Source: Eledone cirrhosa
Taxonomy: Eukaryota
Length of the DNA stretch: 64,000 nucleotides
Direction: 5' to 3'
Assembly (NCBI GenBank): GCA_964016885.1
Contig: OZ024743.1
Coordinates: 151,156,001 to 151,220,000, forward strand
A model generated the notes under the pieces. That model was given only the letters and a program-made list of their open reading frames with translations, did no database searches and was not told the DNA's origin. Made by a program: the position numbers and the translations under genes. Shown here piece by piece: positions 1-48,887 of the stretch. Numbering within the stretch: position 1 is the stretch's first letter; every line of letters starts with the position of its first letter.

Positions 1-257
1 AGTTCATTAAGAAACATGTAATACTTACAATAATTCACACACATTACACCATAAGCTAATATATTTGTGACCCCATGTATAAATAAGCAACCATTTTATT
101 TATATACTATGAAGATGTGTAGAAACATTTAAAGTGTATTGGTGTAGCTGTTAATACCTAAGGGCAATCCACAGGTCCTTCTCTCCACATTTAAAATGAC
201 TATTGTGTCGATTTAAGTCACCTTTCATTTAATATATATATAAAGAATTATATATCT

Positions 258-1263
258 CTATCTAGGCCAGGTAAAATTCCCGAGATCCATGGACTAGTTC
301 TCTCCAGCAGTCTCTGTCCCTCATTATCGCTGCCACGTCCTGCGTCTCCAACAGACCAGTGTCTGTCCTTTGGGCATCAACATACGTTAACCTTGGTCTT
401 CCTCTTCCAGTGTGTCCATGTAGGGGTTCCCAAAGGAGCACTGAGTGCAATGTCGGTGAGCATGTCCAGCTAACCACAGTCTCCTCTGTGTCACTTTTGA
501 GAAGCTCTCATACAACTGAGTTTTTCATCCTCAGTGTATACTGATTAATGTTCAGAGCCATCCTCAGCATTCTCGCGTAGCACCCATCCACCATCTGAGT
601 GAGTTTCTTGGCCAGTGTCCAAGTCACAGACTCCATTACAGCAATGAAGAGGCGGATTTTCAGGTCTTTACGAAGGTCCAACTTCCACACCGATCTCAAG
701 CTGTGGCACGTCGCCCAGGCTTTGCTCTTCCTCTCAACCACATCATCTTCTTTGCTCCCAAATACAGGAAGTCCTCAACCAATTCTAGCGGCTTCCTGCC
801 TAGATTAGTAATCCCCTCTGGCTTCTCAACATTCTTTACCAGATATTTTGTTTTAGTCTCATTCATTCTCAACTTCCTGCATCAAATCCTCTGCCTCCTT
901 CACTGTATTTGTCACCAAAACTATGTTGTCGGCAAATTCAGCATCCTATATCTTTTTCGCCTTAACTCTCCTGCTCTGAGCCTGTGCTACAGTAAAGCCA
1001 GAGTCCTGGTGTTTCTCCAGTGCCAGGCGCATACAATAGTCCACTACAATGATAAAAAGGTAGGGAGCATTCTGATGCTGAGGAGGATATTAGAGGGAGC
1101 TAGAGCAAAGTGCCTTCCTGCGGTCATGGTTTTCATTGACTTTAGGAAGGCCTTTGATTCTGTGGACCGTCACTGCCTGATGAAGATCTTACAGGCTTAT
1201 GGAATCCTCAAGAAGATAGTGGACCTGATATTACTGCTCTACACCAACACCAAAGCCCAAGTC
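258..1263 (-). mobile_element. 5'-truncated RTE-clade LINE with 5' inversion; 11-bp TSD ATTATATATCT (247-257 / 1264-1274)
   Basis: Minus 1068->262 reads APYLFIIVVDYCMR...EFADNIVL...RGRPRLTYVD...WRELV. Plus 1069-1263 reads ILMLRRILEG...FIDFRKAFDSV...LYTNTKAQV. Stops and frameshifts present. Confidence 0.9.
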
Positions 1264-4059
1264 ATTATATATCTATATACGTTTAAATTTGGTGGTTTAC
1301 CACTGGGTAGAATTGGTCATTCTGCAATGTGAGGAAAGTACTCACCATTAGGCAACTCATATTTCACTTTTTATATATGAGACTTTCAAAACTGTTTTTT
1401 CAGCTATCCCATCTTTATTGTGTAGCAAGTTTGCTGAGAATTAGATGTTACAGCAAGCAGGTTAAATAAATATACAGAAGATTAGGCCAACAAGGAACTT
1501 CTACATGGTCTCTTGACCTGTTAGCAGCCAAATTTTCTTTTAAAGCATATCCTACTTTCTTAAAAATGTTATCTAAGACTACATTAGACAATGTAGTGTT
1601 AGATACATGATACCTGGAAAGGTTATTGCTGACCTGGGACTTAACAACATAGGATGTGATAATGTCTATCTTATAGATAAACAGCTAATAACTTCTTCCA
1701 GCTATAAATCACATGGCAAGAAGAGAATATGACCAAATTTCAAATATAATGCCTACAAATCTTGTTTCATATATTTATAATATCAATTTTTTTTTCAGCC
1801 TGCAATAAAAGGTTTACAACTAGCTGGTTTAAATATTGTATCTTTAACTGACACAACACCTATAACTCATTGTAATGAGCGACCTAGAAAACAGAGGAGA
1901 CTTTAGGTAGTGTTCTTTTCTTTGTTTTATCAAATCCCTTTGATGTTATTGTATGATCTGTTATTTGAAAAATTTCAGCATTACCAAAATTATTTTCTAT
2001 CTGGCTAATGATATATAAGTAGATATTCACTATAGGCATTTGTTGTATCACTATGTACTTCAATTATCAGGTTATGGGAAGTACCAAAATGTTTGTGAAA
2101 AGTTATATACTATAAATGAATGCCCAATCCAAAAGGAGATGTTTTTTTTTTTTTATTTAAGGATTGACATTACTAAGCAATATAACTTGTTTAAAAATAT
2201 CTAGCAGAAAAAGTGACTGCAGAGTTACTGGTATGGCAAGCATACTAAGTCACTGAAAGAAACAAGAATTGGTATCACTAGAGACAGAAAACCTGCTAAA
2301 CTTAAAATATGAAATAAGTTTTATCTATTTACTGAATTGACAATTTAGGTAAACTATAAAAGGAAGAGCATTGAAATATTAAATATTGATCAAATAAAAT
2401 CTGTGTGAAAAGAAGCCAAATTTTAGATTTGAAAACTTAGTATTACAATTATAAAGTAAATAATTATGGAGCTGTGACCGAAGTTAAGATGTTAAGGCTA
2501 CTATTAGTTGAAAGATTGAGAGTTTGATCGATCCTATTACTGGTGTTGTATTGGGCCTCTGGCTCAGCTAAAACTCACTTGCACTAGGAGTAGCTTGCAG
2601 TATTGAAATCAAGTTCTCCTAGGTTAGATAGTAGAAAACAGTTGAGATCATGCTGCATGATCTTCAACAAAATAAATGATAATTTTTGTAACCAGTATCA
2701 AACTATCTATGAAAAAAGATATTTTCTAAAATTATTAATAATGCTTTTCATTTTCTATTTCCAGATGACAATTATATTACAATAAAACTAATTATTTTCC
2801 AATAAGTATTCATGTTATTATTACAAACTTGTTTCTGATTTTAAAGTTTTTTTAACAGATCTTTTCATGAAATTTGAGGTAGTATTATTTACTTTTAAGT
2901 AGGGTACTTATTCCATTGATCTTCACATGTTGAACCACTGAACTGAGGCAGACAAACATCACCAGCTAACCAAGTGGTGTCAATGAGGAAACACACACAC
3001 ATACACATATATATATATAATGAGTCCAACCCATGCCAGTTTAGACTGATGATGTACAATTTCTGTTAACCAAATTTCAATCAGGCAAGCCTGAAATTAT
3101 AGATGATGATACTTGTTATTCAGTGTGATCAAACCTGAAACCATTATTTTAAAAGAATATATTAAAGCTTTGTAGTATTATGTTGCATAAGAAAAAGTCT
3201 TTGCATACATTTACTTAAAACAATTTCAAATAACAAAACTTAACAGCATTTAATATAAAGAACTAAACAGTCTAATTCTGTGCATGTTTATAAGCCTGTG
3301 CTATTATATATTTGGGTTTTTTTCTACTGTTAGTGTTCCATAATATATCTATCTAATGTTAATGTCAATTTCTCACTGTTGAAAACAAATTTGTGCAAAT
3401 ATGGACATACTTTTAATTAAGAATAATTGGGAAGTATTTTTCTTTCTTGATTAATTTTGTCAAGTGTTACCTCCCTTTTAGTTGCCATTAGATATATTTT
3501 CTTGGTACAGATATGAAGAAAATTTTTTTAGTTGGTGTAAAGCTTTATGGCTTTAATCTATCTAAACATCAACACATGTAAAACTTATTTAATTTAGAGT
3601 TCTAAAATTTTTGCGGATTATTATCAGTTTTAAATTATTGATTTTTATTAATGATTAAATGGATTGAAAAGATAAACTTTTGTTCCTTATCCGTACGAAT
3701 ATTAGTTAGCAAATATTTTATATCTGCAGTCAACATAACAATAACACAACCCAAATCAATAATGGTTTCTAAATTTAGGCATAAGGCCAGCAATTTGTGA
3801 GGAGGAGGAAGTTGATTAAATTGCCTCCAGTACTTTATCAACCATGGAAGAATGAATGTCAAAGTTGATCACAGCAGGATTTGAACTCAAATATAAAGAA
3901 CTTAATAAATTACTAATGTAACATATTTACTATTGACTAAGATAAGCTGTTTGGAGTCACAACCAATATAACATTTCAGCTCAAATATTACACATTCAAA
4001 AGCTGATATTGCTTTAAAGGGCAGGAAAAGAGAAACCAACCCATTTGCTGTTTAAGATA

Positions 4060-5593
4060 ACTAGACTTTTTTAAAATCTGATTTATTTTAAGATAATAAA
4101 AATACTTATACCCACAAAAATTAGAATAATTTGTATATTATGTAAAAAAAAAAAAACGAAAAAACTTCAACAATAACACAAATTCACTTAGCAAACAGTT
4201 CTATAATAATTGATTATTAAATGAAAATAGAATGCAACATGAGATAAGTTAACTGGAAAATATTATTAAATGAAATTGAATGAAATAAATAAAAAATAAC
4301 AGACAAAACTCAAGGGTCAAACAAGTGTATTTACAAGCACTGACTACAAGTTTCAACAGTAAACATGTCTGCAGCCTGATTTAATGGCTTACTGTTATGA
4401 TCCAAGTGACCAAACAGAAATGAAAGGAAGGACGTTGATTTGGTTCCAGGTATAGATCCGAGCAAGACTTCTAGGAAGGCACTAGCGAACAAACCTGCAC
4501 AGCTTTAAGTTGACATGATTATTCTCAGCTTCAACAATGTTTACAACCATCATAACAGTAAATGACAACAAACAACAGGTATACAGCAGCCTGGATACAA
4601 TCACTTACCCAAACACTTGGCAGTCTGGGAGAAAAACTAAAGAGAAATAACATTTCAAAATCTTTTTCTCTTTAATAAACAATACTTGGTACCAGAATAA
4701 TAATGACACAGCAGGTTCCTAACTATAGAGCAGCTTTGTTTAAAATCATTTTTTTTTTTTCGTATTTCATTTGAAAATAACACTTTTGGAAAATTATATA
4801 ACATGCAGCTTGACTCATACTACTTGGGTTTGCAAAAGCAACTAAACTTTAACCCTCTCATAGCCAGAAGATTTAAATTAACCAAATATTATGTTTAATA
4901 TGTGAAGTTCAGAGCACCACAAACTGCTTTTCATTGTAGCAGTCAAAATATGTTAAATTTATATAACAACCTTTCCCAATTAAAATTTGAATGTAGTTGA
5001 ACCTATATGGACAGCCATTCTAGAGAGCAGGCTGGCAAAGCAAAGAAACAAAATGTGAAAGATATTAACAAGTACAAGTATATAATAACTTATTTGCTTG
5101 GTCCCTAAATCTTTTAACTTTTTCGAAATTCAAAAGCTTTGGTGTTTTTATGTCATCTTTTACTCAATATATATGAACTGATTTCATATTATCATGCTGG
5201 ACTTTGTCAGATATCAGTAACAAATTTATTCTATGAGATAAAAAAGATTTGCCCAAAACCAATAATGTCTGACCTCAGCCATGAGCATAATGATAAAAAA
5301 TAAATAGATAATGTACAGATATATGAAGTATATATATTTAAATTATTTTCATAATTATATTTTTAATTCAATAGATATAAGATAATTTCTCATTTACAAG
5401 AGAATTTAGCTGCATGTGAAATGAGTTTTTCATAGAGCAATTTGATTTTCTTAAGATCATTCTTTTCATTTTCAAAAATCTAATTTTGTAAGCTGTTTAA
5501 TTCATTTAAATATAGGAAATTTCATATTGTTAATTTTTCAAGTAAAAATTAACATTACTGACATGGTTTCAATGATTCAGAATTATTATAAAT

Positions 5594-5680
<87 letters not shown>

Positions 5681-7640
5681 TTAACTTTCAGAATTGAATA
5701 CTTTTTTAAAAATGTGAAATAATTGAGTTCTGACCAATGGAATGGGCATGCTTAGTTTATATGAAGCTTTTAATAAATGTTCTTTAGAGACCCTAGAGAC
5801 TCACTCAGAGAATTAACATCAATTTTAATCACCTATGAATTGGATTTTTACAATTCTCAAAATTTGTTTGTACAGAGTGCTTTTTTTTCTCATAAAATAT
5901 TTGAACAACAAGAGAAAACTGAGCCATTATTACCTGGTAACAAGTTAGAAGAATTGGTGTAGTGTACAGAACAATAAAATATATTCTAATCTGCTGTGAA
6001 CCAATTTATCACGCAACAGCCTACACTTTGTTGAAGATAAGAGATATTAGGCAGACCAGTTCTCCTGAAAGACAATCATTTGATGGTCTTCGTTATAGAA
6101 GACATTCAATACACGAAAATTAAGCACAAAATTTACCTTTATGTTATATTTGTTTTGTTTTTTTAACAAGGAAATTGATCTTAGTTAGTGTTTAAAAATC
6201 TGCTCTATTTTGTTACAAGTAATACAATCAGGCTGCAGGTTACATTCATTGGAGTTACATATATTTCCCATTTTTAAGAATATATTAACATGTGTATGTG
6301 CTTTTAGAGTTGTGTTAACCAGGCAACAAAATAAGCTGGTCACAAATAATAAAATGGCAGAAGAGTAGGATATCAAATACAAATGGTATAAAAATAGATT
6401 CATTTGATTCCCTTTTTAGCATCATTGACTTTGTTATTCTGTTGCCAATGTTTTAATAAGACTAATTTTATTTTTATAACAGCTATATTAAATGTAATTG
6501 TAAAAATAAAAATGAAATGAAATTTGTTTTTCTCTTTCACATTCATCAAGTAATGAATCTGTTAGGCCTTTGTTTCTCTCTCATAAGCCATACTTCATTA
6601 AAGTAACAAAATTCCAGCTAACTAAATATTTAATATAGATGAAACCAAAATTGAATTTTACTACATTTTGTTGAGATTGATTTGCAAGATGTCTTTGGCA
6701 TCATTTATACCTAATTGATATATGTTCAAATCACAATAAAGTAACAAAAAAAAACAAAAAAAAAAAAAACATTTAGGCATATAAATAATTTAATATAAAT
6801 AATAATTCTACAATTTTAAATATTTTTATCTGGATTAGCAGTTTTTAAAAAACAAAGGTTTTCCCCTTGTAAAGATCATTTTCCATACTAAACAAAGGAA
6901 ATATAATGTAAACAAACTTGTATTTTCTTTGCTAGAAACAGAAAACAATCAGTTGTCAATTTGGTGCATATATATAATAAAATAAATACTTTGTTTGGCA
7001 TCACTATACAACTTACTATTATATTCTCATCGAGAGCAGATTTAAAAACAAAAATTAAGATTATTCATTCATTTAGCCTTTAAGGATATGGTGTCAACAA
7101 ATATCTCTTCTCTGAGCAAAGCTAGTATCTTAAAAACAGCTTTTATATTAAATGTTTTTTTATATAGGATAATCAAAAGATTTTCATAGAGAAGGAATCA
7201 AATCTATGTATTTTTGCTTCTGTTATATGTTGTTGAAGAAATTGATAATTTGTAAGTTAAAAAAAAAAAGAAAAGAAAATTTACATGCATTTGAATTGAT
7301 TTAATTAGCACAGACTTAGGTAGTTAATTTTCTCCTTTTACGTTAATTTGCAAAGGATTTCAAAACAAATCGGAAAAGAAAATACTTGAAACAGCTTATC
7401 TTGATCACAGTGAGTTATATATATTAAGAAATTATGGCAGGATTTGGCTGAAGGGAGAAGCCATACAGTTCATAACAAATATGTTTATCTACTGACAGCC
7501 AAGAATATTTTTTTCTGATTTTTAAAGAATATTCACTTTTTTTTTTTTTGCAAATAACTATAAAGAAATATAAAATTTCAAACATTTTAAAAACAAAAGT
7601 AACTAGAATGTTAAATCTGTAATAATAAAGAAACATGCAG

Positions 7641-7679
<39 letters not shown>

Positions 7680-7704
7680 TTTACCTTTTCTATGGAAATA
7701 CTTA

Positions 7705-7793
<89 letters not shown>

Positions 7794-8552
7794 TCAGGCA
7801 TCTTTTACTAGATATTATCTTTCTGAACAAATGGACAGCAAATTGGGAAAAAAAAATATCTAGTTCACTAATGAACTAGTTTTATGTTTTTAGATTAAAA
7901 TAAGTATTTATGACAAAAAATAAAATTTAATTTGACATCACAGCTTGTTGAACAAAGATATACTTGTAAAAACAATTTTTTTAACATGTTAATAATTAAC
8001 AATTAAAATAATTATCTTTTATAAGAAAAAGCAATCAACTGCCATTCATTACTTTAAACCAAGAAGTTAGGTATTATATTTCAAAAGATATCATTTAATG
8101 CCAAGAAAGTGGTTTAAAACTTTACAAACAACTTATTTTACTAAAGAGAAAGAAAACAAAGAACAGACTTCTCAAATTATGCTTATATAAATTATCATAT
8201 TTAGTTGATTTGATTACTACACAAAATATTTTGTCTGAATGTGTTCAACTGAAAGCTCCAAAGATGCAATTAAAATTCAGTAACACAATTTAAATATTTA
8301 CTGAATAACAATGTTTTAAATTCTTAGTTTACTTATCCAAATAATAACTTCTTATGTTTTAATAAATATTTATGCTCAGAGTTAGCAAAATTTAAGACTT
8401 CCTCTCTTGAAAATCTTCAGAATATCCTTCAAAGAAATATATTGCTTTGTACTTTTGAGTTGGGGGGGAAGAGAAAAAAAAAACAGATCACAGAGTATCC
8501 CCTTATAAACCTTAATTCTGTGATAAATCTATTGGCTTTTATGTGCAAAATA
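4060..8552 (-). other. Probable long 3' UTR of the TANC gene; candidate AATAAA signals on the minus strand at 4082-4087 and near 5225
   Basis: About 4.5 kb downstream of the stop with no SINE/LINE fragments I can recognise, unlike the introns and the flank below 3900. The end point is a guess. Confidence 0.4.
5598..5678. repeat. (TA)n microsatellite; others at about 7643-7790, 15500-15560, 37285-37330, 44821-44858, 45518-45539, 45725-45769
   Basis: Direct reading. Confidence 0.97.
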
Positions 8553-43973
<35,421 letters not shown>

Positions 43974-44819
43974 CTTAGCAAATGGAATTCAAATTAAATT
44001 AAGGCATTGGCAACTTGGTAAAACAGATACAGTTGCTTTACAAAATAAATTTGTGCAGGTGAAGGAATGAATCATCATATTCCACCACACATATAAATAA
44101 TATTGAAGGCATTTTCTGTCAGTTTTGTCCTGAAGTTGTTGTTTTGTTCTTGTGTGTTTTTCTTGATAAGCAAGTCTCAGGTTTACACCTAGTTTCAGAC
44201 TCCAGTGAAAGCTATCACTTACAAACAGCACAAGGATAAGTTTGGCATTAGATGCTACAAATGTAGTTGCTGCAAACTGGGAATATGACTCCTGTTTTGG
44301 ATTCTACTGCAACTAATATGACAGTTAGACTAATGCATATATGCATATATACACATACATATATACAGACAAACATACATATATACATACATACATATAC
44401 ATATAAATACATACATATATAAGAGGAACAGTTTTATTCATACATCTTCATTTTATTACATAATTCCATTACACATATTTCAAAGATGTTATATAATAAC
44501 CTCCTGGCATGTTTTCATCAGATAGTGTAAGATGTATTTTCCTATCTATTGATATGTTACTGGTTTCTCATGTTGTTTACATCGCTGTCCAGTACCCATA
44601 TAAATAGTATTAGTATTCTAGTAGTTATATATGGAGTGGGAGACTATATTGTTGTTGGCATCCTGTGACTACAAGTAGGTTACGGTATCAAAGTATCAAA
44701 TTTTCAAGTTCATATATTTCTTAGATTTGGCTTGAATGAACTACTAATTTTTTATTTTTATTTTTTAACTTAATTCTACAATTCTGCAGATTATTTGATC
44801 AACCAACTTTCATCAACTG

Positions 44820-44862
<43 letters not shown>

Positions 44863-45179
44863 TGTATGTATAGTATATTTGGCAATATATTGTATGTTTA
44901 ATTAACATACAATATGCTATCAGTTTTAAAGTAGTGACTATGTCACTTCTTTTCAGCGAAAGAAGGGAGAGAAGCTGACAGTCTGTTTCACACTGGTTGA
45001 CATTCATCAGAGCCACATACTCCCCTGCTTTTGCCGAAAATTATAGAAGCTGGATTCTTATATATATAAATATAATCAGAGGCTGATTATATTTATATAT
45101 ACATGTCTACACATATATACATACACACCTATACATCTATATATATTGAAATATATAAACACACACACATATATATATT

Positions 45180-45461
45180 GGTTTACTATGGGAGGGTCAT
45201 GCTTCCAATAAAAAATACATGCACCTGCAGGTTTTCACTTCAATTTATTACAAATTTCTAGTTGGTTGGTTTAATAACAGGATGGTTTATTTATTGTCAA
45301 TGCTCTTTCGAGGACACAGAATGTATCACGAAAGAGGTTTGACAATAAATAAATAACCATCTGGTTATTTAATCAACCAACCATAAATTTGAAATAAATT
45401 GAAGTGAAAACAGGTGCGTGTGTTTTTATTGGCAGCATGACCCTCCCAAAGTATAACTACC
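45180..45461. repeat. About 280-bp imperfect foldback / MITE-like inverted repeat
   Basis: GGGAGGGTCATGC...ATTGTCAA..CTCTTTCG mirrored by CGAAAGAG..TTGACAAT...GCATGACCCTCCC; short loop near 45311-45328. Confidence 0.8.
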
Positions 45462-45716
45462 TATTTCAACAGATGTTTTCAGATAAAAAATCTTGCAAAG
45501 CACATACAAAAATGAAGTATATATATATATATATATATAGCGATTTTGGTTTGGTTTCTATGGTTAGTTACTCTTCCTAACGCCAACCACATTTACAGTG
45601 AGTCCCAGCTGCGTTTTGACATGACGCCTGCATGACTACTTTACAGTGTGGGCAGGGTGCTTTTTGCTGTGATACCTACATGACCACTTTACATGTATGT
45701 ACTTATATATTCACAA

Positions 45717-45774
<58 letters not shown>

Positions 45775-46583
45775 AATGTGGTCAAGAATCAGCAGGAGTT
45801 TTAATGAGAAAAGACAATTTAACCTAATAATAAATGTTTTGACAATCCTAAATAGAGAAAACAGGCTTTGCTAAACATCAAATTTAGTACATGTTACAAA
45901 AATCCATAATATATAATATATATATATATACCAGATGTTCTTTTGAAACCCCCCTTTTTTAATCATTTTCCTTATATATATATATACGCACACACACATA
46001 ATACTGAATCAAAGCTGTCAAATAGGACTAGTACATTTTCGGTCGTTTTCCCACTCATTCAATAATTTTACTAAGTCAATATTCACTAGGATTAAGACAC
46101 TAACCCTAGGAAATTAAAGTGAATACTTATATGTTAAACAGTGAAAAAGACAATTTTGTGTGGGCAGAAAATTCGACTTTCTGTCCCCAAATGAATACAT
46201 TAATTTCTGCGACTTCATCTGTTAGAGGTAGTCCACACGGAACTACCTTGCACACACACACACATTTATATATATATACACGGTGCCAGAATGAAGGGCC
46301 AGTTTAAAAGTGCCTCCTCCATTATACAGTGCTGGCCATGACTGGACCTTGTTAGTGTAAGGATTTATCAGGCCATGTTTTATTTTAAAAATGTTATAAT
46401 AAAATAATATATGATATTGTATTGTATTATATATGTTATATTATAATGTATTATGTTATATTGTATTACATTATATTGTATTATATATTATGTTATATAT
46501 TAATTTGTGTAATACATGTATGTGTGTATGTGTCTATATACATGCTTGTATATGTGCTTCTGAACACCACTATTATTAATATG

Positions 46584-46840
46584 CTACATCTGTGAGGAAG
46601 GCAAACTCTCCAAGTATCGGTCGCTCTCCGACAGGTTTGCAGTCGTGCCCCTAGCAGTGGAGGTTTCTGGTGTCCTTGGCTCTAGGGCTACCTCCCTACT
46701 TACCAACATAGGCACTGAGCTGGCGAGATGGAATGGCTCTTCCAGCGCATCTCCCTTACCATCCTCCAGGGAAACGCCTTCTCCATTCTGTCTGCCGGGG
46801 CCGGGAGCAGCCAGCACATGGGACCCCATTTTCTCATAAT
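46584..46840 (+). mobile_element. 3' fragment of a CRE-like RLE non-LTR retrotransposon
   Basis: EEGKLSKYRSLSDRFAVVPLAVEVSGVLGSRATSLLTNIGTELA, then a frameshift, then EWLFQRISLTILQGNAFSIL. Confidence 0.75.
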
Positions 46841-48700
46841 AGTGAGAGATGGGGAGGGTGAGAGAGATGGAGATGATGACAGTGGGAGTTTGGTCCTCTG
46901 TGTTCGGACCTGGTGCACATGTATGTGCATGCTTACTATCTTATCATATAGACATATTTATGAATATATTTACACCACTAATTATATATTGATCATTAAT
47001 TCACTGGGTAATATATATATAGTTTGACATGCTGTAACTCAGGGCAATTAATTAACTGGCCACATTATTGAAAAACACCACTGAATTCAACAACACCACT
47101 TTACAACTTTTGAGTTTGCCATGTAAAATCAAATCTTCGAAATTTTGTATTTTCCAATGTATATAACTAACAACATAATATAAGGTCAGCCAATTTGGTT
47201 CTCTACGTTTATTGGAGCTTTGAACCTGATTAATATTAATGATATTTACATATGCTTCATATATTTTTTCATGTGGAATTCTTACCGTTGCCTCTAAACT
47301 AATTTTTACTTCGCTTCCTCGCTTTTAACATCCCTGTCGATATATTTTATCTAACCACCAACAAATATTCTTCAAACTATAAAGGAAAAATATTAATAAT
47401 GAGGTAATGCTTTTTACCTCAACTTATAATAACTATCTCTTACAACGTTGCATGTTACTACCATTTCATGTACAGTCTTCCATAAATGCTTGCCTTACGT
47501 CCAATATTTGACATGGAATCTATTTTTATTGGTAAACTTTATTCCTTCATATATTTCCTGAGGATATGCAGTTGTTATATCTATTATGTCTTGTGTAAAT
47601 AATTGCTAATTAAGTATTTCCAATTGTCACTTGTATCAAAAACATATACAGAAATTAAAGAATGGATTTAAGATGTAACTTGGTTTTTGTTTATTTCATA
47701 TATTAATGCTCTGCTACCTGTACTGTCCTCAACAACAAGAAGTTTAAGAATAGTTGAGCTGTTTTAAATTCCTTATGAGCTGAGAGCTTCTTTCACCTTA
47801 CCAAAAGTAATAGTAGAATACTGCATTATAACCATGCCTCTCTCTCATACACACACACATTTATACATATATATTGTGAAAATATATATGCGTATATGTC
47901 TATATATACACATACATACACACACAAATATATATATTGTAAGTGTGTGTACACACACACACACACACACATATATAGTTTCTTTGTTTGTGTTACAATT
48001 AGTTTCCTGTAAAAATCATGCCTTAAATGCTCTTAAAGAGATGCCATGACTGAAAGCACATTTTTGATTATCACTGGAAACAAATGATAACGGAAACAAA
48101 TGTGCAATATTATTATAATGCAACAGATATAGATCAATCTTTTTTTACCATTGAATATAATGCAACACACATACACACACACATTTATATATTATGAACT
48201 ATTATTTTATTTATTGTTGGTATGTTTTGGCTACAAGAGTCAAACCCATGCTGGCATGGAAAATGGAAGTTAAATGATGATGATGATTTCCAACACTAAG
48301 CTAAGCAAAGTTGTCTCCCTGTATATTGTGTCATTTCAGATAGATGTTTCCAGCCTTTATGAACAATTGCTGTGCTCTGTCTTAGCTAAATAAATAGTGA
48401 GGAGTGGATACTATTTAGGACAAACACTTCATCACACTACGAAAATATTCAGCCAGAACAGGCACATAAATGTGAAATTGGCATTCAGCTTAGTTGAATA
48501 AATATAAGTATATTCTACACTATTTAGTAAATATTTTTCCTCATTTGTTATAATGTACATTTTTACCTCCAAATAGTTGAGTACTATAATTGCACTGAGA
48601 TCATGAAGCTGAGAAATAAAAACATGCTCTATTGTGTACACAAATAAAAACAAATGATACCTACAAAACTACTAACATAGACAATTGAGAATGTAATAAT

Positions 48701-48887
48701 TGTTTCTACTTTTGGCACAAGGCCAGCAATTACCCAGTGCATTACTGGTACTTTATTTTATCGACCCCGTAAGGATGAAAGGCAAAGTTAACCTCGACGG
48801 GATTTGAACTCAGAATGGCAAGGACCGTAACTCTATGTGTCAAAGCATGGAGTCCGACCTTCTACCGATACTGCCAATCCACCGACC
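48701..48887 (-). mobile_element. Same SINE family, full length, 16-bp TSD TTGAGAATGTAATAAT
   Basis: TSD at 48685-48700 and 48888-48903. Confidence 0.9.

Noticed and set aside
703-1332. 209-aa ORF as a host gene
   Set aside because: A chimera of antisense RTE sequence and the inverted RT segment.
43989-44231. Cys-containing ORF as the Rols-type RING finger
   Set aside because: Cys/His spacing does not fit a RING domain, and splicing from its GTAAGT to exon A in the needed phase creates TGA.
46584-46829. Minus-strand 81-aa ORF as an upstream TANC exon
   Set aside because: The opposite strand encodes a clear retrotransposon RLE motif; no TANC similarity.
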